Shown piece by piece: positions 1 to 9,622 of a DNA stretch of 64,000 nt. The position numbers were made by a program, and so were the translations under genes. The DNA lies in NCBI GenBank assembly GCA_963841045.1, contig CAWJBD010000003.1, positions 256,668 to 320,667 of the forward strand, in the 5' to 3' direction. The stretch comes from an uncultured beta proteobacterium (GTDB taxonomy: Bacteria; Pseudomonadota; Gammaproteobacteria; Burkholderiales; Burkholderiaceae_C). Positions within the stretch are counted from its first letter, which is position 1. Each line of letters starts with the position of its first letter. A model generated the notes under the pieces. It did not search any database. It had not been told where the DNA came from and saw only the letters and a list, made by a program, of their open reading frames with translations.

Positions 1-673
1 ATGGAAAATAGTTGTAGCTATATTTCTGGCTAAATCAACGAATTCCTCGTCTGTCTGAAATTTTGAATCGGGTTTGTATTCTTCAGGTTGATATGCGCAA
101 GTGCACTTTGCGCAACAATTTTGCGTGTCATGCGCAAAGATTCGACAGTAATTTGCCGGCCATATTCGGTACTGAGGTAGTTGGTAACAATATTCGGCGC
201 ATCCTTGAAATTTCCACTTTTTGAATGCACATGATCTCTGCAGGTTGGATTCAAATTGCAAACACTTGCCATGAATGCAGGAAAATCATGCAATGGCTCT
301 CCAAAAGCATTTAAGATGAGTGGTTGCACACGGTATTGAATGTTCAGATATTACTGATTTGGCGAACTTCTTGTGAAAGCACCTAATTGCGATGGCGCCT
401 TGCTTAAAGGGCCAGTTTGTTTGAACGCATACTCGACTGCAATCTTAGTTTTGACCATAAGCTTTTGGCTTTTGTATTTAAGCTGATGTCTTTACCGTTT
501 GGGGACTTTATTTTGTAGACGCTGCGAAATTGCAAGTGACCTTGCAAATTTTCGCCAACGCCTGATAACTCGTGTACGACATGAATACCAGGTGGTTGCA
601 AAACTTCTCTAGACTCGGTTCCTGACAGCTGTAATATTTTTGGTGTTCCTATAGAACCGGCAGACAAAATCAA
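1..673 (-). pseudogene. GMC-family (choline-dehydrogenase-like) oxidoreductase remnant, 5'-truncated and multiply disrupted; 3' end runs off the window
   Basis: Minus-strand pieces lie in different frames: ILSAGSIGTPKILQLSG...GVGENLQGHLQ (404-673); IAVEYAFKQTGPLSKAPSQLGAF followed by an in-frame TAA; QPLILNAFGEPLHDFPAFMASVCNLNP...NYLSTEYGRQ (30-329); then a shifted QTDEEFVDLARNIATTIFH (about 1-60). The FAD-binding N-terminal part is missing. Confidence 0.85.
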
Positions 674-706
674 ATGGTTAGCGGGTTGTAGTGAAGTAGA
701 TTTGTC

Positions 707-975
707 TTAACCCTGCTGCAAGGCACATGAAATAAGGGATTTCGCAAAACGGACACCGACAAAATCTGTAGCCAAGTGTAGTGCGAAGAATTTATCTTTA
801 GCTCCTTTTTTGACAATCGCAATCAATACATAGGTGGCGATAGCACCAAATTTGTGCCTTTACTGCATTCTGATTTATCCCTTAAAACTTCTTAATTCTC
901 AAATGCTGCTTGATCCACTTAAAGAACAACTCGACCTGCCAGCGGCTTTTATAGAGGCGCCAAGCGTATACCTGA
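707..975 (-). mobile_element. C-terminal relic of an IS4-family (DDE_Tnp_1-type) transposase gene, inactivated
   Basis: Minus-strand translation gives LYKSRWQVELFFKWIKQHLRIKKF, then a stop. Shifted frames then give NAVKAQIW and AIATYVLIAIVKKGAKDKFFALHLATDFVGVRFAKSLISCALQQG, with the stop at 707-709. This is the typical C-terminal signature of this transposase family. No catalytic core or inverted repeats were recognised. Confidence 0.7.
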
Positions 976-1015
976 ATTCCCAGAAAAGCTCATATCGGTG
1001 TTGTAATATCGAGTC

Positions 1016-2881
1016 ATGACAATACATTCGAAAAATAAGCGCACATTGGCTTCTAGGCTTGGCGAACACCGAATCTGGGGCTTACTCAACGCGCAGGACC
1101 GCGCCATGCTTGAGTCTGCATTTGCATGCGAAGAAACATCCAGCGAAATCGTTGTACTAGATCAAGGCCAGCTTCATACCCGTATGGGGCTGATTCTGTC
1201 AGGCGATCTCAGCCTAATCGACCCTGATTTGGGCCTGGAGATTAAGCTTTCCCCAGGTGAAATGTTTGGCTTTGGCGCCACGCCACCACAACAACTCACC
1301 ACTTGGCAAGCTAAGACTTGCAAAGAAACAAGTATCGCTTGGTTGCAGCCAGATGTGTTGGTCGATATCTGCAAAAAACATGGTGAACTAGCGTATTTTT
1401 TTTCCTCCCTACCAATCAAGGAGTTAAAGAGCTCTGCTGATTTGCAAAATAATGAAGCAGTCAACCTGCTGAGCACACCTATACGCTCCCTCGTTAAGCG
1501 TGAACCAGTCACATTGAGCCCCTCAACGACCATTCAGGCAGCTGCTGAGCTGATGCGTGACTTAGGTATATCGTCAGTATTTTTGTTTGAAAATAATCAG
1601 TTAATTGGCTTACTCACAGATCGTGACTTACGCAGTCGCGTGGTTGCTGCAGGTATCGACATTAATCGTCCTGTGCGTGATATTGCTACACTCTCCCCCA
1701 TGACGGTGACGGCAAATAGCCCAGCGTTTGAAGTCTTATTGCTGATGGCGCAGCACAACATACACCACATGCCAGTAATGGACGGAGATCGCATTTTAGG
1801 CATGGTCACAACAACTGACCTCACTAAGCAGCATAGCAGTTCGGCGGTGTACTTGGTGGGCGATATTTATCAACAAACAAGCATTGAAGGGCTCAAGCAA
1901 ATAAGTCATCGCATTCGGTCGTTACAACAACAACTAGCTGCCGCCGATGCCACCGCCTACAGCACAGGGCACATCATCACTTCCGTGACCGATACCATCA
2001 CAATACAGTTGATCAAATTAGCCGAATCGACGTTGGGCGTTGCCCCCATCCCTTATGTATGGGTAGCCGCCGGCAGCCAAGCGCGTTTTGAGCAAACCGC
2101 CAAATCTGATCAGGACAACTGCCTGGTTTTGGATGATGCATTTGATGAACTTAAACACGGCGCATATTTCAAGGCGTTTAGCAAGTTTGTATGTGATGGT
2201 TTAGCACAGTGTGGTTACATCCACTGCCCGGGCGAAATGATGGCAATGACAGATCAATGGCGTCAACCACACAGGATATGGGTAGAGTATTTCAGCAAAT
2301 GGATCGAAGAACCTAAACCGATGGCACTTATGCTGACGTGCGTCTTTTTCGATCTACGCGCCATACATGGCGATATAGAATTACTCGACAGCCTGCGCCA
2401 AAATATCGTGCGCCTAACAAAAAGTAACAGCCTGTTTTTGGCGCATATGGTCAGCAATGCACTTAAACATCGTCCGCCGCTAGGGATGTTTGGGCAAATC
2501 ACATTGATAAAAGGTAGCGAAAATCCTGGCAGCATTGACATGAAGCACGCGGGCATCGTACCGATTGTGGATTTGGCTCGTGTTTATGCACTTGCTGCTG
2601 GCATCGCAGTTGCCAATACGCATGATCGCTTAGAGCTGAGCGCAAAGACTAGCGAGGTCAGCAACCAAGCGTCAAGGGATCTGCGTGACGCATTAGAGTT
2701 TTTATGCAAACTGAGAATTGACCACCAAGCCCGCCAAATCACCCAAGGGATTGCACCAGATAATTTTTTAGTGCTTGAAGAACTCAGCAATTTTGAACGC
2801 AGTCATCTCAAAAATGCATTCAATATCGTGCAAACGTTACAAGGTGTCTTGCAGCAGCGTTATTCAGGTGGACGGTTTTGA
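1016..2881 (+). CDS. cNMP-binding / tandem CBS / DUF294 putative nucleotidyltransferase protein
   Basis: 621-aa ORF. CBS pair (ISSVFLFENNQLIGLLTDRDL; HHMPVMDGDRILGMVTTTDL), nucleotidyltransferase-like core (VWVAAGSQARFEQTAKSDQDNCLVLDD) and a DUF294_C-like tail. Confidence 0.85.
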   Translation: MTIHSKNKRTLASRLGEHRIWGLLNAQDRAMLESAFACEETSSEIVVLDQGQLHTRMGLILSGDLSLIDPDLGLEIKLSPGEMFGFGATPPQQLTTWQAKTCKETSIAWLQPDVLVDICKKHGELAYFFSSLPIKELKSSADLQNNEAVNLLSTPIRSLVKREPVTLSPSTTIQAAAELMRDLGISSVFLFENNQLIGLLTDRDLRSRVVAAGIDINRPVRDIATLSPMTVTANSPAFEVLLLMAQHNIHHMPVMDGDRILGMVTTTDLTKQHSSSAVYLVGDIYQQTSIEGLKQISHRIRSLQQQLAAADATAYSTGHIITSVTDTITIQLIKLAESTLGVAPIPYVWVAAGSQARFEQTAKSDQDNCLVLDDAFDELKHGAYFKAFSKFVCDGLAQCGYIHCPGEMMAMTDQWRQPHRIWVEYFSKWIEEPKPMALMLTCVFFDLRAIHGDIELLDSLRQNIVRLTKSNSLFLAHMVSNALKHRPPLGMFGQITLIKGSENPGSIDMKHAGIVPIVDLARVYALAAGIAVANTHDRLELSAKTSEVSNQASRDLRDALEFLCKLRIDHQARQITQGIAPDNFLVLEELSNFERSHLKNAFNIVQTLQGVLQQRYSGGRF

Positions 2882-3108
2882 TGCTGTAGATTTTTCTTCG
2901 CCTTAATCACAGCCCATGCTAAACGCCCGGCAGCTACAACATTTACACCTATAACCGCAATTGCAGGCCAAAAGGGTATTTCATAGCCTGAAGTGGCGGA
3001 GTAAACCAGCAAGCCCATCAGTGCCAAACCGCCTATCAGAAGTGTGATGCCATAGGCCTTGATGGCACCGTGTTGTTTATGTTTTGAATTTAACATTGTT
3101 TTTACCAA
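2860..3108 (-). CDS. hypothetical small membrane protein (two predicted TM helices)
   Basis: 82-aa ORF with hydrophobic stretches ITLLIGGLALMGLLVY and WPAIAVIGVNVVAAGRLAWAVI. It sits between two convergent genes. No family was recognised. Confidence 0.4.
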   Translation of the reverse strand: MVKTMLNSKHKQHGAIKAYGITLLIGGLALMGLLVYSATSGYEIPFWPAIAVIGVNVVAAGRLAWAVIKAKKNLQHQNRPPE

Positions 3109-3179
3109 GTTCCATATACAAGCAATGGCTGATCACTTGCTGGCAAAAGCAGCATCGACCCCAAAAAAAATAATCCGTG

Positions 3180-5345
3180 TTAATATTTTAATCTCGCGTA
3201 GTATGTCTTTTTCGCTGCCTCGCGCGCTTGCCGCAAAGTCCTGATACCCTGAGCTTGCAATAAGGGTAACAATCGCAACCAAACCTCTGCTGTTACCAGC
3301 GCATCACCAAATGCAGTGTGGCGACCCAGTACCGTTATATTAAAACGATCAGCTATGGCCTCTAAGCGATGTGAGTCTTGATTAGGATGAACCACGGCAG
3401 ACAATAACAAGGTGTCAAGCACTGGATGGTCAAAAACCAAGCCTGTATCTTTTTCAAGCAATTGCAAAAACCGCATGTCAAACGCCGCATTGTGCGCCAC
3501 TAAAACAGTGTCTTGCGCAAAGGTGTAAAACGTTGGTAAAACCTCGTGAATGCTAGGCTTTCCCGCCACCATATCTTGTGTAATACCGTGGATGGGTATG
3601 GTCGCCGCAGGGATCATACGTTTGGGGTTCACCAATTGGTCAATGCACTCTTGACGCATAAGTTTGCCATTGACTATGCGCGTTGCACCTATCTGAATAA
3701 TTTGATCACCCTCGGAGGGGCGCAGGCCCGTGGTTTCAGTGTCAAATACTGTGTACGATAATTCGCTCAACAGCCGATCTTCGAGCACATCAGAGTGGGC
3801 GGTGCTTTGGAACAAATCAAAGTCATAATATTCTGGGCGACTTTGATCCTGCGGCGTCGGTATTAATTCAGCTTGCTCTTGGACACTGACTGGTCTGAGT
3901 TTTAATCTAAAAAAAGCTTCTTGCCGTATACGCTCACGCGCGAAGACGAAATCAGCACCATGGCGTTCAACCACATCGCGCACGCTCAATGTTGAATTTT
4001 CGGCACCTAAATTTATGTCATCCATCTCCCAAGTCATCGCAGTCTCAGTGCTCATGATTTGGCCAGTCCAAACGAGATCTAGCTGTGCTATGCCATCGAC
4101 ACAAGTGAGACGTAGTTGTAAAAATTTCACACCTAATTCTTCTACCAGTCTGGCTGCAAGGTACACCAATGACTGAATCAAGCTGTGACTGTCGATGCGC
4201 AACCACACCGCAGCCACGTCCCTGTCGATCACCACATCGCGCTTGCAATATTGCTGTATACGTTGTTGCGCCACCAGTAAAACATCTGCACCCAGCATTT
4301 CCTCCATAGGCCACAGCATTTTCAAATCTTGCTTCACTTGTCTGTCCAAATCCGAAAGCCGTTCACTCACCGTTAGAACATCTCCGCGCAATGACGCAAT
4401 CAATTGAGATGTCTCTTGTTGGTTTTGTAACATTGACTCGGCTGCCGTTAGCGAGCCCCGCATCGCCTCTAGGGCTGCTGCGCAAGCCTGCGTGACCGCA
4501 AGGATTTTTTGACCACGGGCATTTTCATCTTTATAGGCCCGCGTCACGTTGTCTAGCATCAACACAAAGCCATTGAGTATATTGTTAGCATCGTCTGTAC
4601 GGCTGGTACGTACGGGTGCCATCAATACGCGTAACATTTGTCCGGTTTTTGTACTTTTAACGAATTGCGCCGTAGGATGAGCCGCACCGCGCATCAATCG
4701 TCGCTGTATGCTGTCCATCGCATGCGTCACTAGTTGGCGGTCAAGTGCAACATAAATTGAACGCCCAATGCCTAATAATTCTGCGCCTCCAGCTAATACT
4801 GGCGTATCTGACAAGGTTTTAAACTGCATACGCGCACGGTTGTTATAAAGCAAGATGCGACCATCAAGGTTACAGACCACAACACTTTGCGTTAACTCAG
4901 CCATCAGAGCAGCCAAACGATCTCTTTCTTGCTGTATGGCTTGGCTGGCTGCAGCAACTTGCTTATCGACGTCTGAGCGCAATTGGTCGCGTTGGCAGGC
5001 TAGGCTAAAGATGACATCGGCCAATTCAGTGGTTTCTTTGGTTCCAACATGACATAAAGGCGCAGCTTGCTCGGCTGCTAAAAGCACACGAGTTTGCTCT
5101 ACCAGTTTTGCAGGTGCTTTGGCGTAACGTCTAAACAACCAACGCAGCGTTGATGCAATCACCACCAAACCCAAGGCCCACATCAACACGATCAATGCCA
5201 TTCTTGGCATCAGTTGTTCGGCAAGCAACGCACGCTGGGGTGCATCCAGGGCAGAGGCGATCAGACCGATTGTTAACAACAGCCAAACGATGGTGGATAA
5301 AGCAATGACTCCAATAGCCATTAGCAAGCGTCGATCAAGTGCCAT
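3180..5345 (-). CDS. membrane-anchored sensor-like protein with C-terminal DEDDh (DnaQ / Pol III epsilon-like) 3'-5' exonuclease domain
   Basis: 721 aa with N-terminal TM helices. C-terminal Exo motifs: YTVFDTETTGL, VAHNAAFDMRFL, HTAFGDALVTAEV. Confidence 0.85.
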   Translation of the reverse strand: MALDRRLLMAIGVIALSTIVWLLLTIGLIASALDAPQRALLAEQLMPRMALIVLMWALGLVVIASTLRWLFRRYAKAPAKLVEQTRVLLAAEQAAPLCHVGTKETTELADVIFSLACQRDQLRSDVDKQVAAASQAIQQERDRLAALMAELTQSVVVCNLDGRILLYNNRARMQFKTLSDTPVLAGGAELLGIGRSIYVALDRQLVTHAMDSIQRRLMRGAAHPTAQFVKSTKTGQMLRVLMAPVRTSRTDDANNILNGFVLMLDNVTRAYKDENARGQKILAVTQACAAALEAMRGSLTAAESMLQNQQETSQLIASLRGDVLTVSERLSDLDRQVKQDLKMLWPMEEMLGADVLLVAQQRIQQYCKRDVVIDRDVAAVWLRIDSHSLIQSLVYLAARLVEELGVKFLQLRLTCVDGIAQLDLVWTGQIMSTETAMTWEMDDINLGAENSTLSVRDVVERHGADFVFARERIRQEAFFRLKLRPVSVQEQAELIPTPQDQSRPEYYDFDLFQSTAHSDVLEDRLLSELSYTVFDTETTGLRPSEGDQIIQIGATRIVNGKLMRQECIDQLVNPKRMIPAATIPIHGITQDMVAGKPSIHEVLPTFYTFAQDTVLVAHNAAFDMRFLQLLEKDTGLVFDHPVLDTLLLSAVVHPNQDSHRLEAIADRFNITVLGRHTAFGDALVTAEVWLRLLPLLQAQGIRTLRQAREAAKKTYYARLKY

Positions 5346-5369
5346 GAGTTTCTCCGCTTGTCGCAGATA

Positions 5370-5723
5370 TTAAGATTTAGGCTTGCCCCATTGCGCATGC
5401 GCATGGCGACTCAGTGCAAAGCCTGCGAAAAACTTGCACCAAATAGTGCTGCCCGCAACCGCGCTCCAAGTACTGTATTCCCAATACCCAGCCAAGACGG
5501 CAACGATCACAACAATAATAATAACACCCGAAATCAAGTTAATGGACATTTCATAAATAGCAAATTTAGCGGGATTTTGTGGTGCTTCGCCGCGCTTGAT
5601 GGCGACTTCAGAATAATCACGTTTGATCGCTATGCGCCAAGCACGTCGTAACCAAAAATAGCCAATCGGGAACAAGGCTAAAAACAAAATCCACGTTAAC
5701 GCAACGCTGATATCAAACACCAT
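5370..5723 (-). CDS. hypothetical membrane protein
   Basis: 117-aa ORF with three hydrophobic segments, lying directly upstream of and co-oriented with the exonuclease gene. The overlapping plus-strand ORF has a non-protein-like composition. Confidence 0.5.
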   Translation of the reverse strand: MVFDISVALTWILFLALFPIGYFWLRRAWRIAIKRDYSEVAIKRGEAPQNPAKFAIYEMSINLISGVIIIVVIVAVLAGYWEYSTWSAVAGSTIWCKFFAGFALSRHAHAQWGKPKS

Positions 5724-5740
5724 GATAGGCTCTCCAGTAC

Positions 5741-5782
5741 AAAAATAAAAAGCCCTGCCAGCTTGATGGCCGGCAGGGCTTT
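5741..5782 (-). terminator. Rho-independent terminator downstream of the symporter gene
   Basis: On the minus strand: AGCCCTGCC-loop-GGCAGGGCT followed by TTTTATTTTT. Confidence 0.8.
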
Positions 5783-5841
5783 GATTGTCTCATCTTAACT
5801 CACTTGGGTGAGCTAAGGTTTGATCAATGGGTCTCTCAAGC

Positions 5842-7647
5842 TTAGTGCGCACCATCCACAAGCTTAGAGCCGCGCGGTACACGTACAGCCTCAACCATCG
5901 CCTGAATGTGTGCTGGTGGCTCTGGTGTGAACTTATCCACAAGGAAAGCTACAGCAAAGTTCACCATCGCGCCAACTGCACCGATAGCTTCAGGTGTGAT
6001 GCCAAAGAAGCTGTTGGCTCCGCCAATCATAGGCAAGTATTCTGTGCCTTTGATGAAGAACAAGCCTTTATGTGCAAACACATAGAACAAAGTGACGAAT
6101 AAGCCTGCCAGCATACCGGCAATTGCGCCTTCTTTGTTCATTTTCTTAGAGAAAATACCCATCATGATGGCGGGGAACAAAGAGCTTGCTGCAATACCGA
6201 AGGCTAAGGCCACCGTTCCCGCAGCGAATCCAGGCGGATTCAAGCCCAGATAACCCGCCACAACAATCGCTCCAGCCATGGCCACCTTGCCAGTCAGCAA
6301 CTCGTTCTTTTCAGAGATGTCAGGAACGAAAACGTTCTTAACCAAGTCATGCGACACAGCAGCAGAAATAGCCATCAGCAATCCAGCCGCTGTTGACAAT
6401 GCTGCAGCCAAGCCGCCTGCAGCCACCAAGCCGATGACCCAGTTAGGCAGCAAAGCAATTTCAGGGTTGGCCAACACAATAATGTCGGCGTTCACTGTCA
6501 GCTCATTACCCTTCCAGCCAGCAGCTTCGGCCTTGCCTTTTGCAACTGGATCTTTGGTTTTGTCATTGTAGTATTGAATACGGCCGTCAGCGTTTTTGTC
6601 TTCAAACTTCAACAAGCCAGTTTTCTCCCAGCGCTTCATCCAGTCAGGACGGTTAGCAGCTTCGATAGAAGCTTCAGACGCATACAAGTCGCCACCTTTG
6701 GTGACAGCAGTATTGACTGTAGCGTGCAGGTTCAATTTTGCCATAGCCGCAACAGCAGGTGCTGTTGTGTACAAAATAGCAATGAACACCAGCGCCCAAC
6801 CAGCTGAAGAACGAGCGTCCTTAACGGTGGGCACAGTAAAGAATCGCATGATCACGTGCGGCAAGCCCGCAGTTCCGATCATGAGAGACAAAGTGTACAT
6901 GAACATATTGAGCATGCTGCCTGGTAGTGCGGTTGTGTACTTGCCAAAGCCAAGATCAGTTACCACTGAGTCCAGTTTAGATAGTAAAGAAACATCCGTG
7001 CCGGCCATGTTGCCACCTAAGCCAAACTGAGGCAGTACATTACCTGTGAGTTGCAACGAAATAAAGACGGCAGGTACGGTGTAAGCCAAAATCAGCACAA
7101 CATACTGAGCGACTTGGGTGTAAGTAATGCCCTTCATACCACCGAACACGGCGTATAAAAACACAATACCCATACCAACGTAAATACCAACATCACTTGA
7201 GACACCCAAGAAGCGCGAGAATGCCACACCCACACCCGTCATCTGACCAATAATATAGGTCAAAGACGCGACGAGCAAACAAAGAACCGCAACAATAGCA
7301 GCACCCTTAGAGTAAAAGCGATCACCAATGAACTGCGGCACGGTAAATTTACCGAACTTACGCAGGTAGGGTGCCAGCAACATGGCCAACAGCACGTAGC
7401 CGCCTGTCCAACCCATCAGGAACAGCGCGCCGCCGTAGCCCATGTTAGAGATCAAGCCTGCCATGGAGATGAACGAAGCAGCAGACATCCAGTCAGCGCC
7501 AGTCGCCATACCATTCATGACCGGATGGACTGAGCCGCCCGCAGAATAAAACTCACTGGTGGAGCCGGCACGTGCCCAAATGGCAATACCGATGTAGAGC
7601 GCGAAGCTCAAGCCCACCATGACATAAATTGTGGTTTGAAGATCCAT
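5842..7647 (-). CDS. sodium:solute symporter family protein (large subunit, ActP-related / VC_2705-type)
   Basis: 601 aa and polytopic, with SSF-like sequence throughout. It is paired with a DUF4212 small subunit immediately upstream. Confidence 0.9.
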   Translation of the reverse strand: MDLQTTIYVMVGLSFALYIGIAIWARAGSTSEFYSAGGSVHPVMNGMATGADWMSAASFISMAGLISNMGYGGALFLMGWTGGYVLLAMLLAPYLRKFGKFTVPQFIGDRFYSKGAAIVAVLCLLVASLTYIIGQMTGVGVAFSRFLGVSSDVGIYVGMGIVFLYAVFGGMKGITYTQVAQYVVLILAYTVPAVFISLQLTGNVLPQFGLGGNMAGTDVSLLSKLDSVVTDLGFGKYTTALPGSMLNMFMYTLSLMIGTAGLPHVIMRFFTVPTVKDARSSAGWALVFIAILYTTAPAVAAMAKLNLHATVNTAVTKGGDLYASEASIEAANRPDWMKRWEKTGLLKFEDKNADGRIQYYNDKTKDPVAKGKAEAAGWKGNELTVNADIIVLANPEIALLPNWVIGLVAAGGLAAALSTAAGLLMAISAAVSHDLVKNVFVPDISEKNELLTGKVAMAGAIVVAGYLGLNPPGFAAGTVALAFGIAASSLFPAIMMGIFSKKMNKEGAIAGMLAGLFVTLFYVFAHKGLFFIKGTEYLPMIGGANSFFGITPEAIGAVGAMVNFAVAFLVDKFTPEPPAHIQAMVEAVRVPRGSKLVDGAH

Positions 7648-7656
7648 TATTAATCC

Positions 7657-7917
7657 TTACTTTTCTTCGACATTGAATTTAATGTCAAGTTTATTCATAC
7701 GCCAAGCGTAATAAAAAATTTGGGCAACAAAGATATAGATTGATCCTTGTTGCGCAAACCAGAATCCCAATGGGTAACCAGCTAGATGGAATTGATTAAG
7801 GAAGGGCGCGAATAAAATGCCAGCACCGAAAGACACCAAAAACCAGAGGATAAGCACATTCCTCAAAAGTTTAAGCGTTTCCTTCCAGTAGGCACCACTG
7901 TCGTAGTCATGCTTCAT
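7657..7917 (-). CDS. DUF4212 putative solute:sodium symporter small subunit
   Basis: 86 aa with two TM helices. YWKETLKLL...GYPLGFWFAQQGSIYIF is typical of this family. It lies 9 nt upstream of the symporter gene. Confidence 0.8.
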   Translation of the reverse strand: MKHDYDSGAYWKETLKLLRNVLILWFLVSFGAGILFAPFLNQFHLAGYPLGFWFAQQGSIYIFVAQIFYYAWRMNKLDIKFNVEEK

Positions 7918-8121
7918 GAAGTCTCCTGTTTAAATGAAATAAAGTACATCAATAAATTGCTGCACCCCACGTTATGCAGGGCAAGCCTGCTTACTGCGGG
8001 GTCGACTATCACGTGACTTACTTACAGCATTCTGATAAAAATTATTTAATGCCCCAATCTTAGGGTAATCCCTAGAGTTTTGGCTGCAAATGGCTTGATT
8101 TCATCAATTCTTTTGATGATT

Positions 8122-8766
8122 TTAATTTTTTCCTCTGGCAATACCTATCGGTATTTTTTTGCAAATTTCCCATTCGTCTGTTTGAAACCAGGGGTCATTT
8201 TGCAGATAACTTGCCAGCATTGGCAGTGCATCCAAACCAAAAAAGAGTTTGCCATCCACTTCAAAGGTGGGCACACCAAATACGCCTTTGGCAATCGCTT
8301 CTTCGGTGTTGGCTTTCAATTTGGCTTTAATTTCTGGACTATTGGGATCTTGTGCTGGCGACATTTCTTTGATCAAGGCATTCAGTCTGGTAGCGTCAGC
8401 AGCCTCCAATCCATTGCGCCAAACATGATGAAATAAACGTTCAACTGCGATACGGCTAGGCGAACCGAATTTGCCAACCGCTACCGCCAAGCGTTGCAAT
8501 GCCAAGGGATTGAATGGGTGCGCTGCTGGAAATTGCAATGGAATAGACAGATTGCGTGCCAGCCATAAGATTTGCCTGTAAGTCCAATCGCGTTTGGGTG
8601 GAATTTCAGCTGGTCCCAGTTGACCATGGTGATTCAACGCGCCTGCAAACAAAATGGGTTGGTAAGTCACGCTGTAGCTGTTGCCCATCAATGCCGCTGG
8701 TAATCGTTCAAAGGCCAGGTAGGCATAGGGTGATATCACGTCAAAATAAAAAGTTATGTGCTTCAT
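8122..8766 (-). CDS. 2-hydroxychromene-2-carboxylate isomerase / DsbA-like thioredoxin-fold protein
   Basis: 214 aa. N-terminus ITFYFDVISPYAYLAFERL and C-terminal GVFGVPTFEVDGKLFFGLD match the HCCA isomerase family pattern. Confidence 0.8.
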   Translation of the reverse strand: MKHITFYFDVISPYAYLAFERLPAALMGNSYSVTYQPILFAGALNHHGQLGPAEIPPKRDWTYRQILWLARNLSIPLQFPAAHPFNPLALQRLAVAVGKFGSPSRIAVERLFHHVWRNGLEAADATRLNALIKEMSPAQDPNSPEIKAKLKANTEEAIAKGVFGVPTFEVDGKLFFGLDALPMLASYLQNDPWFQTDEWEICKKIPIGIARGKN

Positions 8767-8786
8767 GGTTTTGCTCCGATTCAGCT

Positions 8787-9038
8787 TTAGATAACGTTAT
8801 TAATTTTCGCTTTTGTTACCGCTGTCGCATTGTATTGCTTTTGTCGCTTGTGTCGATTCCCTGGGTGGATTTTCGTTGCTGCAATCAACAACCAAACTTT
8901 TTGCTTCATCGCATCGGTACTTGTGCTCCAAGCAGCTATTTCATCCAGGGTACGAAAGCAACCTTTGCACAGAAGGCTGATGGCATCAATTTGACAAACG
9001 GACGTGCAAGGCGATGGTATCGACATTTTATATGACAA
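8787..9038 (-). CDS. DUF1289 family cysteine-motif protein
   Basis: SPCTSVCQIDAISLLCKGCFRTLDEIAAW is the DUF1289 signature. The ORF maximum starts with TTG at 9038; an ATG at 9026 is the more likely start. Confidence 0.7.
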   Translation of the reverse strand: MSYKMSIPSPCTSVCQIDAISLLCKGCFRTLDEIAAWSTSTDAMKQKVWLLIAATKIHPGNRHKRQKQYNATAVTKAKINNVI

Positions 9039-9041
9039 ATC

Positions 9042-9093
9042 AGGCTATAGCCGGCGTATTGATTGCCTATGTTGCTATTAAATACATAGCAAA
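9042..9093 (+). repeat. Family-1 dispersed palindromic repeat, copy A (intergenic)
   Basis: AGGCTATAGCCGGCGTATTGATTGCCTATGTTGCTATTAAATACATAGCAAA aligns with five other copies in the window. Confidence 0.85.
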
Positions 9094-9121
9094 TGAACAC
9101 TAATGGCTGTTATCATGCTGC

Positions 9122-9622
9122 TCACACCACATCCGCCACTGGTGCTTGGCTCAGTGCTTGCAGTGCAGCAGGTGTCACTTCAAACACCGCATGCGGATGT
9201 CCCGCCGCTGCCCAAATGGTTTGAAATCTGAACAGCTCTTTGTCTAACAATGTGACTGGTGGTGAAATATGCGCCACAGGCGCAACGCCGCCAATGGTAA
9301 AACCTGTTTTAGATTTGACGAAATCGGCATCGGCGCGGCCCAGTTTGGCAGTGCCTTCACAAACCAAGGCTTGCACCTTGGCTTCATCTACCCGTTTGTC
9401 ACCCGATGTGATGACCAGCACCGCGGCATCGTCAGACTTGCGGCGAAAAATAATGCTCTTGGCAATTTGCCCCAACGCTACACCCAAGGCATCGGCCGCT
9501 TGTTGTGCAGTGCGTGCAGCGTCATCTAACATAACAGGTTGGTGCGAATGACCCGCTTTTTGCAAGAAATCGGCGACACGCTGAACACCCTCGGGGCGCT
9601 GTGTTGTTTCGTTCTGCGCCAT
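9122..9622 (-). CDS. YbaK/EbsC-family aminoacyl-tRNA deacylase-like protein
   Basis: 166 aa. Contains KSIIFRRKSDDAAVLVITSGDKRVD and GFTIGGVAPVAH, as in the YbaK/ProX editing domain. Its start overlaps the liuE stop (TGATG). Confidence 0.8.
   Translation of the reverse strand: MAQNETTQRPEGVQRVADFLQKAGHSHQPVMLDDAARTAQQAADALGVALGQIAKSIIFRRKSDDAAVLVITSGDKRVDEAKVQALVCEGTAKLGRADADFVKSKTGFTIGGVAPVAHISPPVTLLDKELFRFQTIWAAAGHPHAVFEVTPAALQALSQAPVADVV

Noticed and set aside
834-1019. 61-aa plus-strand ORF
   Set aside because: It is the antisense reading of the IS4-family transposase relic. The minus strand gives the diagnostic RWQVELFFKWIKQ signature.
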